A DNA stretch of 64,000 nucleotides from Eledone cirrhosa (taxonomy: Eukaryota), in NCBI GenBank assembly GCA_964016885.1, contig OZ024741.1:183334001-183398000 (forward strand). The letters are read 5' to 3'. The notes beneath the pieces were generated by a model. It was not told where the DNA came from, did no database searches, and worked only from the letters and a program-made list of their open reading frames with translations. Made by a program: the position numbers and the translations under genes. This document shows positions 52,067-64,000 of the stretch, piece after piece; positions within the stretch are counted from its first letter, which is position 1; every line of letters begins with the position of its first letter.

Positions 52067-52838
52067 TCATCATCATCATCATTTTATGTCCGCTTTTCCC
52101 TGCTTGCAAGGGTGGGACGGGAACTGATTCTGGCTTGATTTCTACAGCTGGATGCCCTTCCTAACACCAACCTCATTTACAGTGAGTGCTGGGTGCTTTT
52201 TTTCTGTGGCGCCTACACATCCACTTTACACTGGAATGACCCCTGTCCTATCATCTCATTTCTACAGCTGAGTAAACTGGAGCAATGTGAAATAAAGTGT
52301 CTTGCTCAGGGAAACAACACATCACCCGGTCTGAGAATTGAACTCACAACCTTTCGATTGCAAGGCCAATGCTCTAACCACTAAGCCATGTGCCTCCATA
52401 TATATATATATAACGGAGGAAATGTGGTAAGGAACCAGGTGGACCATAACGCACCAAAGTACTCAATACTTAGGGTAGTAGAGTGGCCAACTATATATAT
52501 ATATATATATGGTTGGCTTTATGAAGGGTATCCAAATGTAGAAATCATGCCAAATATGAAGCGTATGAAAAAGATTAGGTTTCTCCAACCCATCTAATCT
52601 TGGACTGTGATAACTTGTCCAAACCATGACAGCATGGAAAACAGCCGTAAAATGATGATGATGATATATATAGTTAGCTAGGTAGAAAAAGAAAAACGCA
52701 CACATATGTAGATAGCAAGACAAATACACACACACACATGTGTGTGTGTGTGTGTGTGTATATAGAGTTTGGAACTTGCTGATGAAACGGCAAGAGCTCA
52801 GCGGTCGGGATCCCTGACTCTTTATAATATACACAAAA

Positions 52839-52891
<53 letters not shown>

Positions 52892-53582
52892 ATGTGTGAG
52901 TGAGAATAAACAAGAAGCAAGACAGGGAGGAGACAATGAAAGACAAGGAACTATAAAAACAACAAAAACAAAAAGCAAAACCTCAAGTGACATGGGTGGT
53001 GGAATCGTCTGCCATTATTATTAAACGTCACTGCTATAAAAATAATATGGGGAATGTGTTTGTGTGCATGAGAAAGAAAGAGAGAGGGAAAAAGTGAGAG
53101 AAAGTGGGGGCGGACAAGATGTAGAGGGGAGATAAATCGGCGGTGACGAGGCGCAGGTGTTGTCTGCCCCTAAGGTCTCGCTACTTCACAAAGAAACGCC
53201 GACATGGAGACGTTGGCAGCGTGACTAGTGAACACTGGTGATGGCGTGAAGAGATAGCAAACCTCTTACTTCCTCTCCCAGTGACCTGTCATTCCCATCC
53301 TGCCCCATTCTTTTCATTTTGCATTGTAATTTTATTGGTTTATTATTATTTTCTTTTTTTTTTTCATCATCGCTTGATTGTCAATGACACGTTCTGTGAA
53401 TGGTTTTTCTACAACCGTCACTAGATACAAACGATTGGTTGTGTAGTGGTGGCATATGGAGAAAGGGTGTGTGTATCTGTGTGTGTCAGTGTCTGTGTGT
53501 ATGTTTATATCAATTTATGCGTAGAGTGTCTATAAATAAATACATAAATAAACAAATAAATGTGTACGTGTTTGTGTGTGGG

Positions 53583-53675
<93 letters not shown>

Positions 53676-54259
53676 CTGTGTACACATACACATATATTTA
53701 TATGCATATATATATAGGTATGTATGTATGTATGTATGTATGTATGTATGTATAAAATAACATGTATTATTACTTTATGTCTGTATTTGTGCATGTGGGA
53801 GGTTAGATGAATATGTGTGTATTCCCATACATATACACGTTGATGCACTATCTGTGTCTTCTGTAGTACCACAGTATGTGTGAGTATGTATATATGTTTC
53901 GATATGTGTGTATGTATATCTCTTCATATGTGCATTGGATTTATCATATATATATATATATATGATAACTCCTATCCATATATGTGTATATATATATATA
54001 TATAAAAAAAAACCAAAAAAAAACTACTCACAGTCCACGCTGTAATGTGGCCGTGTAGGTAACACGGTAAAAAGTTCCCAGTCCCACACTGTAAATGTGG
54101 TTGGTGTTAGGAAGGGCATCCAGCCATGGAAAGCCTGCCAGATAGTTCTATACGAGCGAGACACGGTCACACGACCAACCTTGCCTCAAGTGGCACAACT
54201 CCCGTCTAACCCACGTTAAACGATGATGATGATGATATATATATATATATATATATATA

Positions 54260-54543
54260 GGAGAAAGTATGACCCCGAGGGCAGAGCTCAAGCCGTTTCG
54301 ACGGCTATTTCTGGACTAAAGTTCTACTACTCTAAGTATTGAGTACTCTGGTGCGTTATGGTCCATCTGGCTCCTTACCACAACTCCTTCGTTATATATA
54401 TATATATATATATATTTATTAAAATAACAGATTAAAGTTTCCAATAAAATTAATAAATATTTGCTCTATGGTTCTTATATATTTGATATATATTTATCCT
54501 TATCGAGCCCTCTTTGGATTTTAGTCTTCAAATTTATTATTAT

Positions 54544-54588
<45 letters not shown>

Positions 54589-55057
54589 TGAAGGATTTGA
54601 AACCTTGACGGCTGAGTTCCTACTGTTTCAACAGCTAGATCCGAATGCTTTATATTACCCACTCTACTACTCTAAATATTGAGTACTCTGGTGATTAATG
54701 GTCTAACTGGTTTTTACCGCATCCATTCTGATATATATATATATATATATATTTATATGTGTATATAATAAAGGGAGTTGGGGTCTGATGACTGAGCTCT
54801 TGCCGTTTTGACTGCTAATTCCAGACTAGAGTCAGTCGTCGGGTTCTGATTCCCTCTAATATAGTTCCACTCTACTATCCCAAGTATTGAGCACTCTGCT
54901 GAATAATAGTCTTATTAGTTTAAAACTGGTAAAATCCTTAACTTTATTACCAATCCTAAAACTACAACATCATTTATATATATATATTACCCACTCTACT
55001 ACTCTAAATATTGAGTACTCTAGTGAGTAATGGTCTAACTGGTTTTTACCGCATCCA
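54260..55057. mobile_element. Cluster of four family A tail relics separated by (TA)n
   Basis: Repeated CTCTACTACTCTAA(G/A)TATTGAGTACTCTGGTG tails with inverted hammerhead fragments. Confidence 0.75.
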
Positions 55058-56059
55058 ATAGTGAAGGCAAATGGCTTAGTGGTTAGAGCATTGGTCTTGC
55101 AATCGAAAGGTTATGAGTTCAATTCTCGCGCCGGGTGATGTGTTGTTTCATTGAGCAAGACACTTTAATTCCCATTGATCCAGTTTACTCAGCTGTAAAA
55201 ATGAGATGATAGGACTGGGTTCCCTATCATTCCACTGCAAAGTGGTCGTAGATGTGCCACGGCAAAAAAGCACCCAGCACACACTGTAAAGTGGACGTGT
55301 AGGCGCCATGAGAAAAAAAGCACACAGCACTCACTGTAAATGAGGTTAGTGTTAGGAAGGGCATCTAGCTGTAGAAATCAAGCCAGAATCAGTTCCCGTC
55401 CCACCCTTGCAAGCAGGGAAAAGCGGACATAAAATGATGATGATGATATATATATATCATTTTTGTATTTCTTTTGAAAGATTTCTTATCTGAAAATGCA
55501 TGTTGGAACAGATATTGTTATACTTTGGGAGGGTTATACTGCTAAAAACACATGCACCTGTTCGTTTTCACTTCAATTTATTACAAATTTCCAGTTGGTT
55601 GGTTTAATAACCGGATGGTTGTTTATTTATTGTCAAAGCTCTTTCACCACACATTCTATGCCATCCTCACTGACTAATTTATTAATTTGTGTCCCTCCTT
55701 TGTTCTGCCCTACACCATCTTGTTTTTGTGTGCTGTGTATTTGAATTGCATGTGCATTATATGCAGGGGGTGTTTGTGCTTTTATTTATTTATTTATATG
55801 TTTATTTACTTGTCACTAGTCAGTTGCTTGTACTCTGTGTGTGTGTTTGATTTGTTTTATTAGTTTGGTTTTTATGTCTCTGTATGTCTTTATCTTGTCC
55901 TTAATTACTAGTTGTGATGTTGCTATTCCACTCATGTTTAATTTTTGTTGGGGTTTGTTTATGTTTGTTGCTTCTGTAATCTGTTAGAGCATTGTATCTT
56001 TTCTCTGTTTGGATATGATCTTTATTTCTATGTTCTCTAGTTTCTGAGTATCGTTGGCT

Positions 56060-56644
56060 TGTGGATATATTGTGAAACCAGGGCCATCACATGTGGGAAT
56101 GGATCTGACTGTTAACTGAGTCCATTGTCAAAATTGCCCAGTCGCCTTTCCTTAGCCAAGAAGGGCAAGCTGTTTTTATCTGTCTGCTGGCCATGGTGAA
56201 AGAGGTTGTATAGTGGACATGTCTGAAAGGGCTGAAGACGGGCATTTTCATTTTCGGCAACCCTTTGATTAACTTCTTCAGGTTTCACTTAAAGAGGAAA
56301 ATCAGGGTGGAGAAGGAAGTGCTGCCTTCAAAGCAGTTTGTTGAAAGGTGGGTGAAAGAGGTGAGAATGGTCTAAGTGAATGGGCCTGCTCTGAGTGTGT
56401 GCCTGTAGATTGAGAGAGGGCACTTGCCCTGGTGGTCAGGGAGACTGTGATTTTTGTGGGCTTTCTCCAAGGGTAACCCTTGGAAGTGTCCTCCCTATTG
56501 GGGAGTTTTCTTTTATTTTTATTCTTTTGTTACATCCTTTGTTTTTTTTTAATACTCATTTTTACATGCAGAACCCACATTATACCATCCTGAGCTGTCC
56601 TTAATGTATTTTTAATGTAAACCCTTTGTGGTCAATAAAGAAAA

Positions 56645-56686
<42 letters not shown>

Positions 56687-56696
56687 GATTATTATT
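56060..56696 (+). mobile_element. 3' end of an L1/Tx1-like LINE with (ATT)n tail
   Basis: FGNPLINFFRFHLKRKIRVEKEVLPSKQFVERWVK, a UTR, AATAAAG and (ATT)n. Confidence 0.75.
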
Positions 56697-56699
56697 GAC

Positions 56700-59070
56700 T
56701 CCTGAGGTAGAAGCATTCTTTACATCAGCTCTGGTAAAAGTTTCATTATTTGTTTAAATTTCAACCATCTCTAACCTTTTGTTCAAGTTTTAAACTTAAC
56801 AAAATTTTAGAGAAATCGACCTGTTTGGAACAGGTGGGTCAGTCATGCTGACACAGCACTCCCCTGAGGGGGTGTTGGCTTTGTAAAATTTTGCAAAAAA
56901 AAAATTTTTTTCATCAATATTTTTATGATGGATGCTACAGAAAAGAAACAATGTAGTGAAAACATCTAACAGAGGGAGACGCTGTCAACACTTGACTCAG
57001 AGAAGAAAGATGACAGCGTCTGTATAATGGAGTCAGATTGGAGATGAAAAACAATATATTTTGAATGATATTGTTTTAAGGACAAAAAATATGGACAGGT
57101 CCAACAGGAATAGTAATACCAACAACAACAACAACAACAACAACAATGACAACAAAGACAATAAAAACAACAACAATAGAAACAACGAGGTGATAAACAA
57201 GACCAGAAAAAATAACACAACAACAACAATAATTACAGCGTCAACAACAACAACAACAACAATGAATTAATGAACAAACCAGTTAATAGTACTACCAAAG
57301 CTTATTTTGCTAGTGCCATCAAGTGAAAATAAACTTTTCTGAAGATGAAATAAAAGAAACCAAGAACCTTGTAGAAAAGACTGTTATATTGTCGGTCTCA
57401 AGTTCCCACTCAAAATGATTTAAAACACAATACGTCGCATATTGACATATCATGTTATTGGGTTGAAAACAAGGAAGGTAAAGAGAGCCTCAAGCTCAAA
57501 TTCAAGACTTTAGGTTCTGTATGGAACCTAAAACCCTATATACAAAGAGACAGGGGTTTTAGCATGGTTGAGGTGAGATTTGCTACGGAGAAAGAAGTAA
57601 GATCTCATTCTATGAAACCCTTACAGAGTGATGAAATCCTGCTCATTCCATTCTACTGTGGAATGAGACTAGTAAGGATCAAAGTTTCACAAATACCACC
57701 AGAAATAGCCATTCCTAGGCTAATAGCTGCAGTCACAATATGCATTGACGAAGATTTGAAAATCCTTGGGGTCTACCAGACTAACAAAGAAAATTGGTTG
57801 GGAATGGAGGTGTTGAAATCCTTATGCAAACAACACAAAGGAATGTAGATGCCATCTCCAAGCAAATAAACCTTCCAGGCAGTATAATTTTACCAGTTCG
57901 TGTAAAAGGGAAGAAAGCCAGATGTCACAACTGTCTTTCAACAAACCACTGAAGAGCTTTCTGCCCTTAACTAAAGAGGAGGGGAAAAGCCTCCACTCCT
58001 ACCAACACCAAAAACATTACCAACAACAACTTCCTTCAAAACCCAGACATCACCAAGAAAAACAACAGGAACTTCAACACCAGTACCAGCAACAAAATCA
58101 AATAAAACAGCAACACCAGCTCCACCAAGAACAACATCACCAACACCACACTTTGATGTCACATAATCAGACTTAAATTCTGACAGGGCCGAAGAATGGC
58201 AAACAGTCTGCCCCAAAAAGAAAAAAAACCTCCTGTCTTTTCTCTAAAAAAAAAGGTGGAAGAGACAAAAGATATTAAAACCTACATCCCCACCACCACC
58301 TCCACAGATATCTACACCAGCAACCCCATTACCATAAACACCACAACAGTGAACACACACACACTAACACCCCAAGCAAAACCTAACCTGCACTGGCAAC
58401 AACAAAAAGATACAAACATCACACACTACACACCAATAATCACTAACAACACAAAAATAATGAACTACTTACAGAACAAAACCACAATTAGGCAAAAATG
58501 ATCTTATCACTCCACCCAAAAATAACATTACCTAAAAAGATACAAATCATACAAATCACACAAAACACATACACACACCTAAAAACAAAATTCCACGTCT
58601 CTATTGGAGATTTCTGAAGGATGCTCTCTAAAAGAATCTGTACAGAAATTTCAACACAAGAGCGCATAACCAACCAGAAGGACAGAACAACTGTCCTTCT
58701 CCCCAAAAATCTAAGGTAAGTGACTTTTCCCACTTTCTCCTCCTCTTAATCAATCATGGCCTCACTCAAGATAGACATGTAAATACACATGGCCTGGGGC
58801 CATCCTGGAAGCAAGAACACCTGCTTAACGACTTCAGGTCATGGAATATAGATGTGTTGGCCATTAGCTAGACCAGAGTTTCTGATGCATGAACCTTCAT
58901 ACCTATTTTCAGTGGCTACAAGGTGTACTCATCTCTGAGCCATCCAGGATCTTGAGGCAGAGTTGCTCTGTTATTCTGGAAAAGCCTGGATCTCCTAATA
59001 TGGACCATTTACTTGGACCCAGAAGGTAAATTGGTGGTACAGGGCACACCTTAAGGCTAGTGGACGTCTA
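56700..59070 (+). mobile_element. Decayed 5' half of a Tx1-like LINE (ORF1 plus start of an APE-type ORF2)
   Basis: ORF1 remnants homologous to 9274-10491, including a CHNCLSTNH..FCP knuckle. An ORF2-like start MASLKI..VNTHGL lies near 58756. Confidence 0.7.
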
Positions 59071-60890
59071 TGCTGTGTTGACACCACACTCATTATTACC
59101 ACCACCATCTTTATCATCAATACAACACCAAACATTGACATCTACAACCATTGCCATCTTCCTTCTCCTCATCATAACCACCACCATCACCACCACTCCC
59201 CTCTACTCTTATCCTCTTCAACATCATCATCAACATTATTATCATCATCATCACCACCATATCATTTGTATTAGCATCATAATTGCCAGCATCATAATAG
59301 TATAATAATTGTTTCTACTTTTGGCACAAGGCCAGCAATTATTCCAGTGTATTACTGGTACTTTATTTTATCGACCCCGTAAGGATAAAAGGCAAAGTTA
59401 ACCTCGGCGATGTCAATACTGATGATTAACCTTCAGCATGCCAGACATTTTTATGAGTTGCTTCCTCTGACACTGTATTATGTATTAAGGGGAGATCACT
59501 CTATCAGTGACTTAATGTGCCTGGAGCCTCCAGAAGGTTAAATCAACCTCAGAACTTGACTGCTATTTTATTTAATCGATCCCAGAAAAATGAAAGGCAA
59601 AGTTTATCTGAATGTGATACAAACTTGGAGTACAGAGAACTGTAACAAATACTGTAAGACATTTAAAAAATGTTCTATCAGTTTTCTGATGTAATGTTAT
59701 AATCAATAGTTCCAAATAAGCTTACATAGGCCTTACAGCCTGTGAATTTAAAACAAGTTTCTATCAACATCAAAACAGTTTTTGTTACCCAACCTGGTAA
59801 CATTCCATGGCACTAACGAGCCATTTATACAATCTTCATAAAAATATTTTGAGCTGCAATGGAGAAACTTCACAAGTGATTACAATTGTTGCAACTTAAG
59901 CTCTGAAGAAGCAATGAAAATCTTGTTTCGCAATAAACCACTAATAAAAAAAATCCAGACTTGTCACAATATGTAAACACAGGATATACAAAACATACCT
60001 TAACCAAAAAACCTGAACACTGCCACAGTGGGTAAAATACATTATAACTATTAGGTACATACACACATCAATACTCAACTATACCTAACAACCCAAATTA
60101 CACTAACATATACTGGTCAAACAATGTACAGTAACATTCTGTACACCAAACACTTACCCAAATACTGCATGACACCAGAGTGAAAGCCACTCCATAATAA
60201 TTGCAAGCATACTGAATTGAAGCCTGTGCATCCTTTCACATAACAATAAACCAACACACCAATGACAGAAGACACAAATAGTGACAACTACTGCAACAAA
60301 TACATAAGCAAACATTTCTCTGTACACATTACATATTACATGAACTACACAACAAAAAGTAATATACTGTAGTCTATACACCTACACAAACATATGATGC
60401 ACTGTATATATTACTAATAAGATTCACACAGAAACACTCCATACACTTATACATGCACCCCACGCTCCGCCACCACACAGATATATTAAATAACATAAAG
60501 GATCAATTAACTTGACTAAAAATTTATACAAGAAACTATCCTATCGCACCACCCTGTTCTCAAATAACCTTTTAATTACCTTCATATCTCCATAGACTTC
60601 TTCATCCTCTTTTTTACTTACTGTTAAACATTTTAATTCTAGAATAATACCTGTCAAGATAATGGTGTGCGCAGTAAGAAAAGAAATTAATTTAATACAA
60701 TCCTTGACAACAACATTGTATGTGACAATATCTGAATCCTTGAGTTCTCTTTGATCTTTGTAATTTTCAAAACTGCTCTTCTTCCCTTCCTCTTCCTCTT
60801 TCTCCTCCTTCTTCTTCTTGGCCTATGCATCATCATGGTTGCTGTTGAAAAGCTGAAACCTCTAAAAGAACAGTAAAGATATATGCTTAC

Positions 60891-61117
60891 CTTTTCGTGT
60901 CGTTGTCAAAATTTTGGCACCCTTCTCAATTAGATACTGAACTATGTCGAAAGCTGAACATTCAATGGCTCTGGTCAATGGTGTTCCACCATTTAGAGCC
61001 CGAGCATTGATATCTGCCCCACGATCAACAATGAGTTTTACCACCTCTAACTCACCTCCATGACATGCATGATGTAGAGGAGTCCATTTGAAGTTATCTA
61101 CAGTACTGATGCTAGCA
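60891..61117 (-). CDS. ANKEF1: ANKEF1 ankyrin-repeat exon
   Basis: cag|..|gtaagc boundaries. Translates ASISTVDNFKWTPLHHACHGGELEVVKLIVDRGADINARALNGGTPLTRAIECSAFDIVQYLIEKGAKILTTTRK(G). Confidence 0.93.
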
Positions 61118-62091
61118 CTGGACAAGAAGTAAGAATAAAATTGAAGAAAGATTGTTACAATGGGAAATCAAGAGATATTTCTGAAGATCAGCAATTGATG
61201 AGTACAAGCAATTAAAAAGTCAAATACATTGTTTTAGATTTAGGAAGAAAGAAATGCCTAACATTTCAAGAAAGAGTCTATATATATCATCATCATCATC
61301 ACCATCATTTAACATCTAGTTTCCATGGGTCATCATAGACTGAGTGAGTTTTCAAGTAGAGCTACTGACCTCTTGGACGAGCTGGGGGCCTGCATCTTAT
61401 TTACATATGTTCCCATACTCTAATGATTTCTCCAATGGGCTGGAAGCTTGCATATCACTTATTTACAATCCTGTTCTCTATCGAGTGCATTTTATCATGG
61501 CAATATGATTAAAGAGGTTGTCATGTCTTTGACATGGCTGAAAAGTCATCCTGACCCTTTGTCTGGCATATTTTCTATGGTTGTGTGCCTTTTCTATCAC
61601 CAACCACTTTAAAGTATGTACTGGATCTGCTTAGGCAGGTTACCATGCTTTTATATAGTAGCTGTAGTGTCCAAACTTGATTGGAAAATTAATAATTCAG
61701 TAGGAAATTTCCTTGGAAAAAAAATAATGGCAACTCTGTATGACTATATTATTTGAAACAACATTTATATTCAGCATGTGTGAGTGCATGTGTGTGTGTG
61801 TGCGTCCATGTCTGTGTTCTTGATTTTATACTGTAACATAATGACTCGACAAATAGAGATCATTAATATAAGATATTTACAGTAAAATAAGTACAGGAAT
61901 TGAGATGATCACCGAAACTCTTGAGGAGGTTGCCCCAGTATGACCACAGACTAGTCGAATGACAGAAACCATTGAAAGATTTGATTCATTTTTATTGTTA
62001 TTGTTGATAATATGTACATGGAATTAAATGAAACTAAAACTGGTAATTGAAAGTTGAATTTAAAATATGTGAAATATATATTACTGAATGA

Positions 62092-62125
<34 letters not shown>

Positions 62126-62314
62126 GTTACAAGCTGAAACTGCCCAAGCTCACAGTTGGACCTCTACCTCATTAATAGGGTTGGGGGGACCCTTCAGTTG
62201 TATCAAAGACTTGACAACCTCTCTTGTGCTCTTGATAGAATGAAAGACCATACATAAGCAAGACAGAGACCCCCAGGGTCAGTAGCCTTACTTCAGTACT
62301 GACTTAGTCTATGT

Positions 62315-62601
62315 CAGTGATTCCCAAACTGGGGTCCGCGGTCTCCTAGGGGGACTGCGAAGTGATTTTGGTATACTGTCATTGAAGTTTTAAATCTTTA
62401 GAAAGCATTGAACATGATAACAGTTTGGGGCATTTTGATACTACTTAAATTAAATCGTAGTAGAATTGTCATGCATTTCATAAAGGTTTGTCTTTGAAAA
62501 CTTTGGAAACGCTGCCATAATATGGTAGGAGACCGCAAGGCACCCCAAAAATGGTAAGGGGACCACAGAGAAAAAAATTTGGAAAAGTTTGGGAACCACT
62601 G
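62315..62601. mobile_element. hAT (Charlie-type) MITE with a perfect 8-bp target-site duplication
   Basis: GTCTATGT|CAGTGATTCCCAAACT...AGTTTGGGAACCACTG|GTCTATGT. Confidence 0.92.
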
Positions 62602-63631
62602 GTCTATGTAGACCTGTCCAACCCACTATAGCAGGAAAAGGAGACATTAAATAGTGATGATGATGATGATGATACATATGCATACAAATATATACAGAGG
62701 TGGTTGATCTGGCAGAGTTGTTAGAGCTTAGGGTATTTGTTCTGAGTTCGAATCCCACTGAGGTTCACTTTGCCTTTTATCCTTTTGGGGGTCAATAAAG
62801 AAATTACCAGCCCAGAACTGGTGCCATTCTCTTTCCTTCCAGTTATAACATCCAGGATGTTCCACTGGATCCTATGTGACTGCATAGGACCCTGAAACCA
62901 TTAATGAAAGCATGGTATATACCAAGTCATACTCGATTGCAAGTGATGTGTGTAGTTTTTTTTCATATCATCATCATTGTTTAACATCCATTTTTCCATG
63001 CTAGCATGGATTAGATGGATTGCCTTGTTTGAGGCAATTTGGGTCAGGTGACCGTGTCTTGCTCACACAGAACTGTTTCTGGCTTGGTTTCTATAGCTGG
63101 ATGCCCTTCCTAACGCCAACCACATTTACAGTGTGTGCTGGGTGCTTTTTGTTGGTTTCAAGATGAAAACATGTTTATGTTATCAGATGTATTGGAGAAT
63201 AAGTAAAATGAAATGGACAAAAGAGTTTAGGGCCATGCTGCTAAGGGCTTACATTGGTTGGTTTATGTTATGTGGTGGTGTTCATGCCAATGAATGGGTG
63301 AGTAGGGGAAAGTTTGCATCTTGGTGACATTATTTTGATCGGTGTAGGATTGGCAGTCTCAGTAGAGGGTCAGGCGCTATGCTTTGCAGCATAGAGTTAC
63401 GGCCCTTTACAGTCTGAGTTCAAATCCCGCCAAGGTTAACTTTGCCTTTCATCCTTACGGGGTCAATAAAATAAAGTACCAGTAATGCATTGGGATAATT
63501 GCTGCCTTGTGCCAAAAGTAGAAACAATTATTTTGATGGGATCCTCTTTACTTAGTGTTTTGAGTACCTTACTTTAATTGGTTCCATTCCATTCTTTAAC
63601 ATGAACATCATTCAGTATATATATATATATA

Positions 63632-63985
63632 TCATCATCATCATCATTGTTTAATGTCTATCTTCCACGCTAGCATGGGTTTAGACGGGAATTGTCCCAC
63701 TTGAGGCAAGATTGGTCGTCTTGCTCGTATGGGACTGTCTGGCAGGTTTTCTACAGTTGGATGCCCTTCCTAACACCAACCACATTTACAGTGTGGACTG
63801 GGAGGTTTTTACCGTGTTACCTACACAGCCACATTACAGTGTGGGCTGTGTGTTTTTTTGTCGTGACACCTACACGACCCCATTTATTTAGGACTGGATG
63901 TTGTGGTACCAACATAACTTTACAGAGAATGGGGTGGTGTTGATGGGGGTGGGGGAGTTGGGGGTAGTGGGAGGGGGGGGGGTTT
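63632..63985 (-). mobile_element. RTE 3'-UTR-only copy (others at about 10630-10905, 25105-25410, 29984-30250, 43027-43368, 48953-49105, 54030-54235 and 62966-63155)
   Basis: High similarity to 28357-28757, which is contiguous with the RTE ORF. Confidence 0.85.
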
Positions 63986-64000
63986 ATATTTCATTAAGAG

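Noticed and set aside
55065-55135. tRNA gene
   Set aside because: A- and B-box-like motifs run into a SINE core and tail that are repeated elsewhere in the window, and I see no complete cloverleaf.

Overview
AT-rich, repeat-dense eukaryotic genomic DNA. The SINE/LINE repertoire and microsatellite load point to a coleoid cephalopod, probably Octopus (inference). Two spliced genes converge. On + are the 3' exons of a MOK (MAPK/MAK/MRK-overlapping kinase) orthologue, about 5.7-28 kb. On - are the last three coding exons of an ANKEF1 orthologue, 44.7-61.1 kb. The rest is mostly transposon debris: hAT, Chapaev3-like, mariner, piggyBac MITEs, Helitron-like relics, RTE, CR1, R4/Dong-like, CRE-like and Tx1-like LINEs, a solo LTR, tRNA-derived SINEs and a truncated Penelope-like (GIY-YIG) element. 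The most striking signal is at least six sequence-unrelated families of short elements. Most sit in or beside (TA)n tracts and carry type I hammerhead ribozyme cores, often duplicated on both strands by long fold-back inversions. One family is physically linked to the 3' end of the Penelope-like element. Coordinates were counted by hand, and repeat boundaries are approximate.
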